From: Balanoglossus misakiensis
Lineage: Eukaryota > Animalia > Hemichordata
Length of the DNA stretch: 64,000 nt
Assembly (NCBI GenBank): GCA_040954595.2
Contig: CM082579.2
Coordinates: forward strand, 7,429,625-7,493,624
Direction of reading: 5' to 3'
The first letter of the stretch is position 1, and each line of letters opens with the position of its first letter. Below the pieces are notes generated by a model. It had not been told where the DNA came from. It ran no database searches and saw only the letters and a list, made by a program, of their open reading frames with translations. Both the position numbers and the translations under genes were made by a program. Positions 53,701-64,000 of the stretch are shown one piece after another.

Positions 53701-56110
53701 ATGTGGTGGTGTTTGAGAATTCAAACAGGTCAAGTATAAAGATGCGAAACATCAACTTTTACATGTTTTTCTGAATTTGGTTATATAAATACATGTACTG
53801 ACAGTAGACACATTGATGACAGTGTCATTTCATTACCTTGTGGGTCTTGCATAGGTTTGAATGGTCTCCACCACCGGAAGATAGCCCAGCCATCCTGTAC
53901 CCTGCAATGTAGCATAATTTTTATTTCAGACCAACTTGTACATATCAAAAAGAATGTAAAGGGTGAATGAAAATACATTGCAATTCTCAGTTGCTCTGGC
54001 TGAACATAAAATCTCACATATATGCATGATGTCATTTCATAATTCATTACAAACCATGGTCATGTACATGTATACTCCCCAAGGTCTCTGTAAGCAGTGG
54101 TCATTGACCTTTTCAATGGTACACATGTATTATTTCACCTGCATGTATGCATACATTTTTTTTTATTTATCTTCTGAAGTGTCACTGTAATAAAACTTGG
54201 CCTCAGCTTCTATTTCTTGATGGTCAGTGTTTTTGTTGATGACATTAACCTGGCAACTGTTACTAGGGTTCCCCAGTCATTTTACCCTTAACTTCCCCTT
54301 TCCACCTTTGCATATTGATACTGGCTAGCAAAATCCTTACTGGGGTTACCAATTCATTAAAAAAAATTCCCCAGCCTTAGCAAACACACTGAGTACACTA
54401 AATTTAAAGGGGGCTTGGTTGAGCATTGACCTAAACAAAGAGATATAGTGTTTAGTACTTTTTTATTCCTCTATAATAAGAGCTGAAAAGCCATATAAGC
54501 CCTTGAGTTCTCACCCAAGGATTGGATCTGTACACACCTGATCGTATAGTCTTCATTCAGGAAATGCACATCACGGAACATAGCTTTTCCGGACAAAAGT
54601 GAAATGGAAAACGAACCTGTGAATACAAAAAAAATCATTAATTTTAATAGTATGCGGTGAAATTCTTATAGACATTTTGTAAGAATGAGAGTCTGGCCTT
54701 TTTTTCTTCCTGTCTTGCATTCTGTTCTCAGGTATGTAAGAGCCCTAAGTAATGAAGTTATACAACGTAATTGCCTATTTAAAATTCCAAGCTCTTCCTG
54801 CTGCTTCCAATGAAATAAAAGCAGACTACAAAAGGTCTTTCAAAAACCTGTGCTTTTAAAGTTGATTTTGACAATAAATGATACCAGGGTTCCCCAGTCC
54901 TTTATGACAGGAATTACTGCAATTTGCTGTTTGGACGTGAAGGAAATTAAAATTTAAGTTACACTCAGATGAACATGTTTAACAGTAATCAGTATTATAG
55001 TAGACACACTTTCCCATTAACAGACTTCACACAGCTAATGATGACAGCTTGTAACTTTATAGTCAATTTTATCTGCTTTATAGTGGTGATTCTCAAAAAG
55101 AAAATTGCTAAAAAAATTGACTAAACTGTAACATTTATAAAATAATTAATGTCCAACTGTGTCAAATTGTGTATATGTGAAAGTGCCTAGATCTTATCAT
55201 TAGTACACACTGTATGTAGGATAAAAATTATGTCCTTCACATCCAAATGGCAAGCTGTAATAATTTCCCATGGTTCCTCACTGGCATGTTTAAGCAATTG
55301 AATGATTAAATTACTTATACAATTGAGTTACTTTTACTTTCCCAGTTCATTCACCTACATTTCCGAACCTTTATCAAAAACCCTGACTGCTTTTTAAGAT
55401 TATAGCCAAGACGTAAATATTTAATATGTTTACAGTACTACTCCACCTTGACAGCATTCATTTGGCCATGCAGTGGATTGTGTAGTAGTCTTGAAGTGGG
55501 TCAGGCAGGATTTCAGTTTAATAATCCCCAAAAATAAATGGGGCCCTACTCCAAATGAATGATAATCTCTAATGTGTATTGAGATATCATATGTTTACAA
55601 CATATGATACCTCACACATATTCATATTTGCAATGCCAACTTGTTCAGGGAAAGCTAAACTGAAATCCTGTGTGGGATCGTGGACCAAGTACAGTACTAC
55701 CACATACTGTCGGATCAAATAGAACTGAAACATACTGAATATTTGTTTAGAAGCTAGTCCGATTTCTATAATATGTACATGAAGTTACAAGCCCTGTCCT
55801 TCAGGTCAGAGTCACCTTCAAGCGTCTATTCATAAAAAAAGAGGAATGAACAAGTACCTATTTTCAGGTGTCCTCCTGTGACAAACCTGTTCAGGATTCG
55901 TGTGAGTAAGAATCCAAACACGCGCGAGTTGTAATAAATAAGATACAGGATCCAGAGACATGTTGCCAGCGTGATCACCATGAACCAGATCAGATCCTGT
56001 TTGAATTCGAATTTAAATGGTGGAGCATCGGTCGTTTCGTTCAGTGGAGGGAAAGTAAAGTTAAAAAGCTCCGTTGTGTAGTTGAAAGCCATTTCTTCGG
56101 ATCCTGCCAT
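20514..56110 (-). CDS. BLTP1: Bridge-like lipid transfer protein 1 (KIAA1109/Tweek ortholog), large multi-exon gene
   Basis: First exon (55858-56110) has a transmembrane segment then YYNSRVFGFLLTRILNR, followed by SFSISLLSGK, QDGWAIFRWW and EFHLYNR exons. The C-terminus WQLEPTVR-LLSWGGKKIDPVGVDYVLQKLGFSHARVTIPKWIQRGAMDPVDKIL matches my recollection of KIAA1109. Dozens of collinear minus-strand exons have GT-AG ends; the stop TGA is at 20516-20514. Confidence 0.95.
23145..23410. mobile_element. 266-bp MITE (non-autonomous DNA transposon) in a BLTP1 intron
   Basis: Perfect 16-bp TIRs ccagggggtgtacttc and gaagtacaccccctgg. The 8-bp flanks tccaaaac and tctaaaac form a TSD with one mismatch. The interior is AT-rich and noncoding. 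Confidence 0.85.
24201..24245 (+). repeat. TATG/TG microsatellite
   Basis: tatatacatgtatgtatgtatgtgtgtgtgcgtgcgtgtgtgtgt. Confidence 0.75.
28884..28897 (-). promoter_or_regulatory. CTCF-like binding motif
   Basis: gcgccacctagtgg, whose reverse complement CCACTAGGTGGCGC is a close match to the CTCF core consensus. Confidence 0.55.
29169..29333 (-). CDS. BLTP1: Probable 165-nt cassette exon of BLTP1
   Basis: Acceptor tctcccttcttcag and donor AAG|gtagac. 55 codons, phase 1-1, open in frame between the phase-1 boundaries at 29971 and ~28025. Confidence 0.6.
29810..29955 (+). repeat. Degenerate TCTG/TCTA tetranucleotide repeat
   Basis: Repeated tctgtctgtc, tctatctgtc and tttgtcta units. Confidence 0.7.
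32654..32731. mobile_element. 78-bp piggyBac-type MITE relic
   Basis: TTAA|ccctttcac ... gtgaaaggg|TTAA: inverted termini beginning CCC and flanked by TTAA on both sides. Confidence 0.6.
34113..39070 (-). CDS. BLTP1: BLTP1 giant internal exon (~4.96 kb)
   Basis: Continuous 1682-codon ORF. Acceptor ttcctttcag at 39071 and donor AAG|gtaacc at 34112. Contains GSFEHSLTTDLLNHLIFVQKVF and SAVRFETG. Confidence 0.92.
41764..43588 (-). CDS. BLTP1: BLTP1 large internal exon (~1.8 kb)
   Basis: Long ORF containing HDSKTKRLWFMWP and CGCLGGCRFFG. Donor AAG|gtagga at 41763. Confidence 0.88.
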
Positions 56111-57440
56111 GGTTCGGGGTCGATGATGGGTGTGTCACCGTACTCTGGGACGGGCTTCCCTTGCCTGTGTTGAACTGTGATGAGGACAGCTGATTTTGGA
56201 TGTAAACACACAGTCGAGCCCAGCCCACTCGACGCCGCAGAAATTTCGCGTCCACACCGATAAGGCCAGCGTCAATCAAATCATAACCGAAACCAAAGGA
56301 TTGCCAGGTTGAAACACCACATAGGGCGATCGAGAGTGCTGCACTCGAATCTACTTAACTGATCCCGATGTGGTCAAACGTGGGAATCTGCAGAACCCGA
56401 TGTTCCAGGACGCCATATTTCAAGCGACTCGTGTGGCTATTTTCAGATTTCTTTCGTTTTTAAGTGACACAGAATTCTCATAGCGTAGATTCGTCCACTA
56501 AACTTTGAAAGGAAGGAGAAGGTAGAGTCTTTCCAAATGTTATGTGTATATGTTTATTATTTGATTTATTTGTTCTTGTGTGTTTTATATTACAACAGTG
56601 AGAAAATCTTCAAGCCAACGACGCGTCGTAAATTTTTCTGTCCTCTGGTGGTATCGTATGCTAAAAATGACACAGTGTGTACATACGATTACGAGGATAA
56701 CTTTACAGGTTACACTCTCAAGTACATGTACATGTACATGTATTGAGGTCGGCGGTTGACGGGTATTCACGGAAATAAAGGTTCATTCGCATCACAGTCC
56801 ACATTTTACGGTTGTAAGAAGGGCACTTGCCATACACGTTTACAATATAAGGTAAGCGAACTTTAATACTGCAGACGCATTTACCCTGTGTAGACGGCGT
56901 CCCGGGGATAGGGCAGCAGACTACAACGACTTCAGTCCTGTCATTGTCAGTAGCAATAGCATGGCACTCGCTAGGCTTACGCAGAGCAGGTAAGCATTAG
57001 GGTCAGCGTTGGATTTATTGTTAAAATGCACATAAAATGATTTTCAATGCATGGTGACACGTACATTGCTTCTATCTGATTTATGTTTCTACACAGGTGC
57101 CAATACAGCACTGAGCAGACAGTGAGATTGAACCAAGGACAGAAGGTCATGCAGTGACCCAAAATCAGCAGACCCCCCTGATCGTTGTTGCCAATTAAGG
57201 CTCTGGATTCCAGCAATCAACAAACAGTCAAAGACATGGAGATCTACCATCGAGAAAGAACAGGAAACTTGCGGTGATGGAATGAAATTTTGCATCGCCG
57301 GAGTGATAGGATTGGGTTGAGTGTGAACAGTGAACCAAGACAATGCTTATACATTATAGGAAACATTGACTTGCTGCTGTTGATAGACAAAAAAGAAAAG
57401 TTTCGAGAAGTGGTTTTTCTTCAGTACACCCAAGACCTGA
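56111..57440. promoter_or_regulatory. Head-to-head intergenic/promoter region between BLTP1 and the DUF229 gene
   Basis: Divergent ATGs 1.33 kb apart with CpG-containing patches near 56200-56430 and 56870-56990. A likely noncoding-exon donor CAG|gtaagc lies at 56990. Confidence 0.55.
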
Positions 57441-60400
57441 ATGGCAAAACGGAGACGTCGCCTTGCAAGAATGTTGCTCAGATATAAGTCCCGTTACTTG
57501 TCGTTTCGCTCTCTCCTCATCGCGGCAGTCGTCCTGGCCATGGTGTTTATCTACAAGTACAACAGTAATCAGAAAGTGGCCACAAATGTCAGTCAAGGGG
57601 AAGACGACATTGACAAGCTGATGGGTGAAGTGGTCAGGAAATTGAACCTGCAAAAACCTGTGAGTATGCGTGTTTTTTTATTTTTGTCTGAAATTCTTCA
57701 TTTGTGTAGACCGAAAAAGGAAGTACATTTGTACAGAGACAATCCAGTATTCTTCAACCAAGGAGTTGAATTTTTGTTCTCAAATTTGTCATAGGAAATG
57801 TACATGTACACATCTTGCCATGTATTATTCATTTATCATCTCCCATCTTCAACAGGCAATCAGTGAGTACTGTCCAATCCCACATTTGGATTCCAAGCAA
57901 CCGAGCACAGAGTCACAGAATGTGTCATGCCAGCGTATTCAACCAATCAGAGGATCATGTCAGCTAGCCAATGAGCTCTTCCTGTCTGCTCCAAAGGAGT
58001 CATGTGACCACCAAGAATACCAAACCATCTGTGAATATGAAGTAAGTGTTTTTGAAATCTTCCCACCGCAACAGTGTGCCCCTGGAAATGAAATGATGTC
58101 AGTTAATTTGAAAGTTGTTCTTTATATGTATCCATCGTTATGCTACATACATGTACATTGTACTAGCATTCTCTCATTTTGTATCGTTCCCTCCTCCAGG
58201 AGAGTCACAACACCATCAAATGCTACAATGACGTCTGTGACCCAGAAAAGCCAGTTTCCATCGCGACAACCAACCCAGATTCAGGCACCCTTCACTGGAG
58301 GGACCTGCCCTCCATAGCCAGCCTCCAGACCTTCATCAAGAATCTGATCAACCCGACAAGCAGACAGCACCACTACGGATTCATGTTCATCAAGTGTCCC
58401 AAACTCCGGGTCGACGATGATGACGACGCCGTTGGAGACGATGATGCGGAAGACGAGGCTGATTACGAGTACAAAGATGATGAGGCGGAGGAAGATGATA
58501 TGCTGTTGGCGGGGAAGGGACATCTTCTCGGCAAAAATGCGAATCAACTTTTAATCCTGCCCCCGAAGATTTTCAACCACAAAGCTGTTCATACCAACAA
58601 GTACATCGACATCAACGTGGTCATGTTGGACTCGATATCAAGAAATCATTTCTTCCGTTCTTTGCCAAAGACTGTGAAGACCATGAATGAAATCAATGAG
58701 GGAAACACATCTCTCGTACTTGACTTTGAGTTGTTGCAGTCGATGAAGGGACGTACGTACGAGAACTTGCTGACGTTTTTCGCCGGCGAAGTGTACGAGG
58801 TGGAGAAGCCGTTTGGCACGCTCGACTTGCCTCCCAAGCCGCTGAAGACAGAGGCCATGCTGGACCAGTTCAAGAAGCACGGTTATCACACGACCTGGTT
58901 TGAGGACCTGTGCTGGACCTGGGAGTGGGGCTTGGTGAAGGACCTGCTGGCATTGTACCGAGACCTGGAGATCGGCGACAGATGGAAGAAGTTCAAGCAT
59001 GCCCTGCAGGTTGCCAAGATCGACCGGTACGACGTGACGCTGGCGAGTTGTGAAATACTCCGGGTCAACAATCACCACGACCCGTTCCATGGTCCGGATA
59101 CGGTGTGTTACCACGGCCGGCACCAGCACGAGTACATCTTGGAGTACATGAAGTATTTCCACAACACCATGGCCCGATTGAAGCAGCCGTATTTCAATCA
59201 CCTCCTTCTGAACACCGCGCACGAAGGTACGGGCCGCCGGGTCCAGACTCTAGACGACAGCCTCGCTGAATACGTCGAATTCCTCACAAAGCAGGAGAAC
59301 ACGCTGACAATCATGTATGCCGATCACGGCAACACGTATGGAGAATTCATTGAAAAGACGGAAGAAGGCAGAATTGAACTCTTCAACCCGTTTATGTTCA
59401 TCGTCGTGCCGAAGAAAGTGGCGGAGATGCTCGGCCCTGAGAAGATGGCTGCCCTCAAAGACAATCAGCACAAGCTGGTGACAATGCTGGATCTCCACTA
59501 CACGGTCAAGTCGCTGGTTCCTCACGTCGCGCCCAAAATCGACAAGGCCCACAAAGAGTACGACGTACAGCCTTCCGGACTATTCATGAGAACGCCTGCT
59601 GACAGAACTTGCAAGACGATTCCTCGGATTCACCCAAATCTCTGCATCTGTCAAGGCTTCGACTCCAAAGTCAAGAACGACACAAACCATGCTCTCTTGG
59701 CTGAATTTGCACTCGGACAGCTCAACAACGCCATACAGGATGAATTCACAGCGTCTCATTCCAGTGCAACGCGTGGTTTCGGCTCATGCCGAAGGCTTGT
59801 GGCGACTAGATTTGGCAACGTCAAAGAAAGCCACCAGGAGGCAAGTATAAAAATTTCGGCCCCATCTTGCAAATTTTTCTCTTCGTGTACTTTGGCCATC
59901 AATTTCAGAAATTATAATTACTTAAGAAAGCCATTATGCAAATTAAGTTTATTGACTAGATACAGCAAAGTGTAATTTCTGAAATTGACATTTGCTCATC
60001 AATTATTTCATCACCATTAGGCAGACATGCTTGAACACATTTCATTCAGACTAACAAGGACTATGTCTCAATGTTAAGAACAGCTCCATATTCAGACTCA
60101 ACTGTAATATATGCTTGAATCATCCTGTCATGAGGGCAAATTAAACTGAAAATTCCTGTTAAACTATTTGTGTAAATGTTTGTGTGGAAATTGGTTACAT
60201 GGTATGACATGACAGTTGGTGTAGGTTCTGCCATAAAAGCATGTATTCAAATAGACTCTCCTGATGCTACATTGATATATTCTAAAAACAAGTCTGATAT
60301 TATATTTACAGGACAACGTGGTAATCACCAAAATGGACATATACATACCTGCAGGAGAAAATTCCGGGAATACGGAGGACGTCTTCTTTGTCACGGTCCA

Positions 60401-60878
60401 GTCATCCATGGACCAGGGGGACGGGATGAAGTTGCTGAGCTACCAGCGAATGAGTGCCTTCAGTCACTATGGAAACTGTGCTGATGACGGCGTGAACTTG
60501 AACCTGTGCGTATGCTCCCTGAAGAAGACCAAGCAACGCGCGGGCAATCAGGCGGCCAAACTGCAGGCGTGGAACAACCCACCTCCCGTGTTTGACAACA
60601 ACAACACTGTCAAAGAGGTGCACAAGAAGTGCCTGTATTTCATCGAGCGGCAGAACAATGCCGGCGGCGTGCTGGAGGTGGCCAACGTCTGCCCCAACAT
60701 GAAGTACACGGTGGTGCTGAACATGGAGTACTCGCACATGATCGTCTCGCGGGAGCTACCAGCGCAGGAGGTGTTGCTGCCGGGGCAGATTAAGTTCATG
60801 CTGGCCATGGTGCAGACGCGGACGCACTTGAACTGGCACTGGAACTATAAAGCCAGCTTTTCCTGGCAGGAAGTGTAG
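57441..60878 (+). CDS. DUF229-type type II membrane protein (alkaline phosphatase/sulfatase superfamily), join(57441..57659,57856..58041,58200..59840,60312..60878), ~870 aa
   Basis: Basic N-terminus and transmembrane segment; motifs VVMLDSISR, GRTYENL, NTAHEG, MYADHG, ELFNPFMFI, LVTMLDLHYT and RTC..IP..CIC. All three introns are phase 0 and join in frame; the third donor is GC. Confidence 0.85.
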
Positions 60879-62643
60879 ACTTATGCCTGGCATCAACAGG
60901 GAGGATATTGTCCCCCTTGCCAGAATTTTTGAGAGGGCCAAGAGAACTTGGGATGAAAGCAAAACCCACATGTACAGTCATCTGCACTAACCTATGGATA
61001 CCATGCAGAGTATTGTTGATCTGGAATAACATTCGAGTGAGAGGCTTCGTATGTGTGCGTACATTCCAAAAGCATTTTGTCCTTATAACATGTAAACCGG
61101 TCATTGTGGCTGAGAGATTTCTAGTTTGTAAAGATAACCATACGTGGTTGGTTTGGAGGTAAAATTTATTTCAACATGTTTTATTTGGTAGGAATACCAT
61201 GATAGTATGGCATTTTATTTTTATCAATATTTTTTTTATTCTATTGGCTGGGAAAATGTTATTTTTTGTATGTATTTATTGCCAAAAATTGACATTTCCA
61301 TTTGTAAAAGTCTTATTTATTTTTCGGTGTATTTCTGTTTTGTACTTTGGTAACAATTGTGGTATTATTTTCTACATTTTGGACAAATATCAAACAAGAT
61401 TAGGAACTCGATATATGGCACCCTACAATATTCTGTCAGTCATGCAAATTATGGCCACCAAAGGGGTGGGGGGGGCGATAATTGCTTGTGCAAGCAATGA
61501 ACACCCATGAAGAGGTGACATTCTTCGAATAGAGAAATAATCCTTTCAGCCATGTCCATTGAATGCATGATTTCACCGTGTTCTTGCCATTAAAATGATC
61601 TGTGCAGCCAACCGCAGTCATCATTTGAAACAACTCTCCTGTCACAGTTTGATATGGAGTCAGGGGTCACTGGTCCAACAGAAGGTCACAGTGTCAAAAA
61701 GTGCCTTACCCATGGTTCAAAGCATGGCTGAACCCAGGTGTACCATTGGTTTATATTTAAATGTTGCATAAGGTTTATGTTGCATGGTTCGAACTTATCC
61801 ACAATGTGCGAAATAACAGATTTGAAATGAGTTTTCATATGTAAATATTTGTGGGCTGTACTTAATATTATAACAGTGTCATGGACAGTTGTACACAATT
61901 ATCTTTATTATTAGAATACATACCTACTCTGTACATATTTTTTGAGCAAGATGTGCCCACAGGATTGTTGACATAAGCTCCATAGCATCAACCCACATGC
62001 ATACAGCAAGTAATAATATGCAACCAAATTCTCTGCATGCCAACTATTGTAATTCAACAACATTGAAATGGACATGCTATATATAATATTAACTTCAAAT
62101 GCAGAATATTTTTCCATCTAATTTTATACTTAATATTCACGTAAACCAGGTACTTCAATCTTTTGGGGAAAATGTATATTGAATTGGAAATGTTTCCTGG
62201 ATTTTTTTAAAATTGCGAACTGCAGGGTAATGTGCAGGTTTGTCAATAAAAAAGGTCAATAACATTGGAAGAATTGTGCAGCTCCTTTCAATTCCTTTGT
62301 ACCTGTGCTTTTGTGTATTCACGTTCCAATGAAAATTTAAAATGGTTAGTACATGAACATTTATAATGAAGGAATGAAAGCAATAGTAGATAATTTATTA
62401 ATAACTAAAATATATTTTTTCATCATATGAGTATAAAGCTTCTTATATAATTAAATTTGAATCATAAATTTGAATTAAGAGACAGTGTAAATCATAAAAT
62501 GGTGCTGCAAGGAAACGCCCATGTCTGCCGTTTCTATGTCAACACACTTTTCAGTTGCCATGATTAATTTATCAGGGAGAAAACTGATTTGCATTTCTCC
62601 ATGGCAACAACAGGAGCTTGGGTAGTATTCATTGGGTTTGGCT

Positions 62644-64000
62644 CTATGGTTGCTCACGAGTTTTCATATCACTGGCAGTGAGATTCTCAGAGAGTATTTC
62701 AGATTTTTCAACGGTGCAGGTTTTGCTGTCGCCTACAGAGACAGCCGTGTCAGGTGTTATCACTACAGTGGTCTTATCCATGTGAATATGTGGGATTTCC
62801 TCAGCAGCAGCATCGCAGATTTTGGTGTCAGCTGCCGATAATCCATCAGGTGCTTGTCTCTTGGTGGTGTCATCTATGCCTGCGAGCGATGCTGCAGGGT
62901 TGTTTCTCGACGGTTCGTTTTCTCTGCCACTGTTGACTGGGATGGGAGTGAACTTTGACATCACGTTTTCTTTTATCTTTCCATTAGCCGCAGTTTGGGT
63001 CCCGTTGTCCGTAGCTACTCCTCTCCTGGATCTGACATCGATGGCGCTGCATTTCCGTGGTGGTGTGTGCGGTGGGGTTGGCGGCATCGACCGAACAGCG
63101 ACTTGACCACCAGCAAGCGGCATTGCGTTCTTGTCGAACCACTTCAGTAGAGTGTCGTGCCGTGCCTGTACAACTTTCATCAGCGCCAGCGCATCTCCCT
63201 CTGCAGTGTGGGCAGCTGTGTGGGCATCGCCAACGTGCATTTGGTACAGCGCCTGCAGAGTCAGATCCCCCCTGGCTCTTTTGGGGCTGTGCATGTAGGG
63301 CTCTGACCCACACGCCTCATTCTGTACACTGATGAAGGCCTGCAACGTGTCCCCATGCAGGATATTCCCTAATTTTCCGTGCACGCTCAGGAGTTCATTC
63401 TTCAAAATCGGGAAATCAAACCTGCGCCCGTTATGGGCGACCAAACAGATGGGCGGACACTGCCGCTTCAGGAAGTGTCGGATGGCCACAACAGCGTCCA
63501 TGTTGAATGTCTGTTTTTCGTGCTGTTGCAGAAGGCCGTTATTCAGACCTGTTATTTCAGTGGCCCGTGGGTGAATAGCCTCCGTGGGGTCGATGCACAA
63601 GACTAGTTTGTCAACTACACGCGGTTCATCTGGTGACAAAAGTCCCTGTCGGTGAACAGCCAGCATGGCGATCTCGGTGATCCTTGGCAGTGGCTGGTTG
63701 TACCGAATCAATCCGGTCGTCTCCAAGTCAAAGAAAACAAATGTTTTTATAGCCGACGGACTGTCATCCGGAGCAAAATCCGGAACGACGTCTCCGGCTG
63801 CAAATGGCTGTCTCGGAACCGGATTCTCGTCTGGTAGTGCTGGACCCTTTTTGCTGTGGACATCTTGCGTGGGAGAACAAGGCTGTATTAACCCTGCCGT
63901 GGTTTCTGCAGTGATTTTATGGGCAAGCTGACCATCGGGCAACCTTGGCACCACAGGGCTGGTAGCATTTTCACTACCAGTATCTGCTTGCAGTTCAGGA
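62644..64000 (-). CDS. TREX1/TREX2-like DEDDh 3'-5' DNA exonuclease, 5'-partial
   Basis: ExoI FVFFDLETTGL, PRVVDKLVLC, ExoII CLVAHNGRRFDFPIL and ExoIII AHTAEGDALAL. The frame stays open to the window edge upstream of the GTG called by the ORF track. Confidence 0.9.
   Translation of the reverse strand, partial: PELQADTGSENATSPVVPRLPDGQLAHKITAETTAGLIQPCSPTQDVHSKKGPALPDENPVPRQPFAAGDVVPDFAPDDSPSAIKTFVFFDLETTGLIRYNQPLPRITEIAMLAVHRQGLLSPDEPRVVDKLVLCIDPTEAIHPRATEITGLNNGLLQQHEKQTFNMDAVVAIRHFLKRQCPPICLVAHNGRRFDFPILKNELLSVHGKLGNILHGDTLQAFISVQNEACGSEPYMHSPKRARGDLTLQALYQMHVGDAHTAAHTAEGDALALMKVVQARHDTLLKWFDKNAMPLAGGQVAVRSMPPTPPHTPPRKCSAIDVRSRRGVATDNGTQTAANGKIKENVMSKFTPIPVNSGRENEPSRNNPAASLAGIDDTTKRQAPDGLSAADTKICDAAAEEIPHIHMDKTTVVITPDTAVSVGDSKTCTVEKSEILSENLTASDMKTREQP

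Noticed and set aside
54262-54900. agggttccccagtc repeated near 54265 and 54886, with a loose inverted copy near 54340
   Set aside because: Too short and degenerate to define an element or TSD.
56720-56743. Tandem TACATG run and frequent TACATGTA words across the window
   Set aside because: Appears to be a genome-wide compositional or simple-repeat bias rather than a locus-specific signal.
1-64000. CRISPR arrays, operons, tRNA/rRNA genes and autonomous transposase or reverse transcriptase genes
   Set aside because: None seen. The DNA is spliced eukaryotic sequence without repeat-spacer arrays or such ORFs.

Overview
This is eukaryotic (metazoan) genomic DNA, not prokaryotic: it has spliced GT-AG genes and a U1 snRNA. 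An invertebrate deuterostome such as a cephalochordate is plausible but not proven. In order, the window holds: (1) a ~95-bp block duplicating the 3' end of the downstream FGF gene; (2) a candidate unannotated ~80-nt Pol III small RNA with PSE, TATA, terminal stem and T4; (3) a U1 snRNA (-); (4) a 3-exon secreted FGF (+); (5) a 2-exon small secreted coiled-coil or prohormone-like gene (+); (6) a 2-exon galactose-3-O-sulfotransferase (-) with an unexpected C-terminal membrane segment; (7) about 8 kb of noncoding DNA; (8) a ~35.6-kb multi-exon BLTP1/KIAA1109 gene (-) with intronic MITE relics; (9) a divergently transcribed 4-exon DUF229-type gene (+) with a GC-AG intron; (10) a 5'-truncated TREX1/2-like DEDDh exonuclease (-). 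All family assignments come from recalled motifs; no database searches were run.
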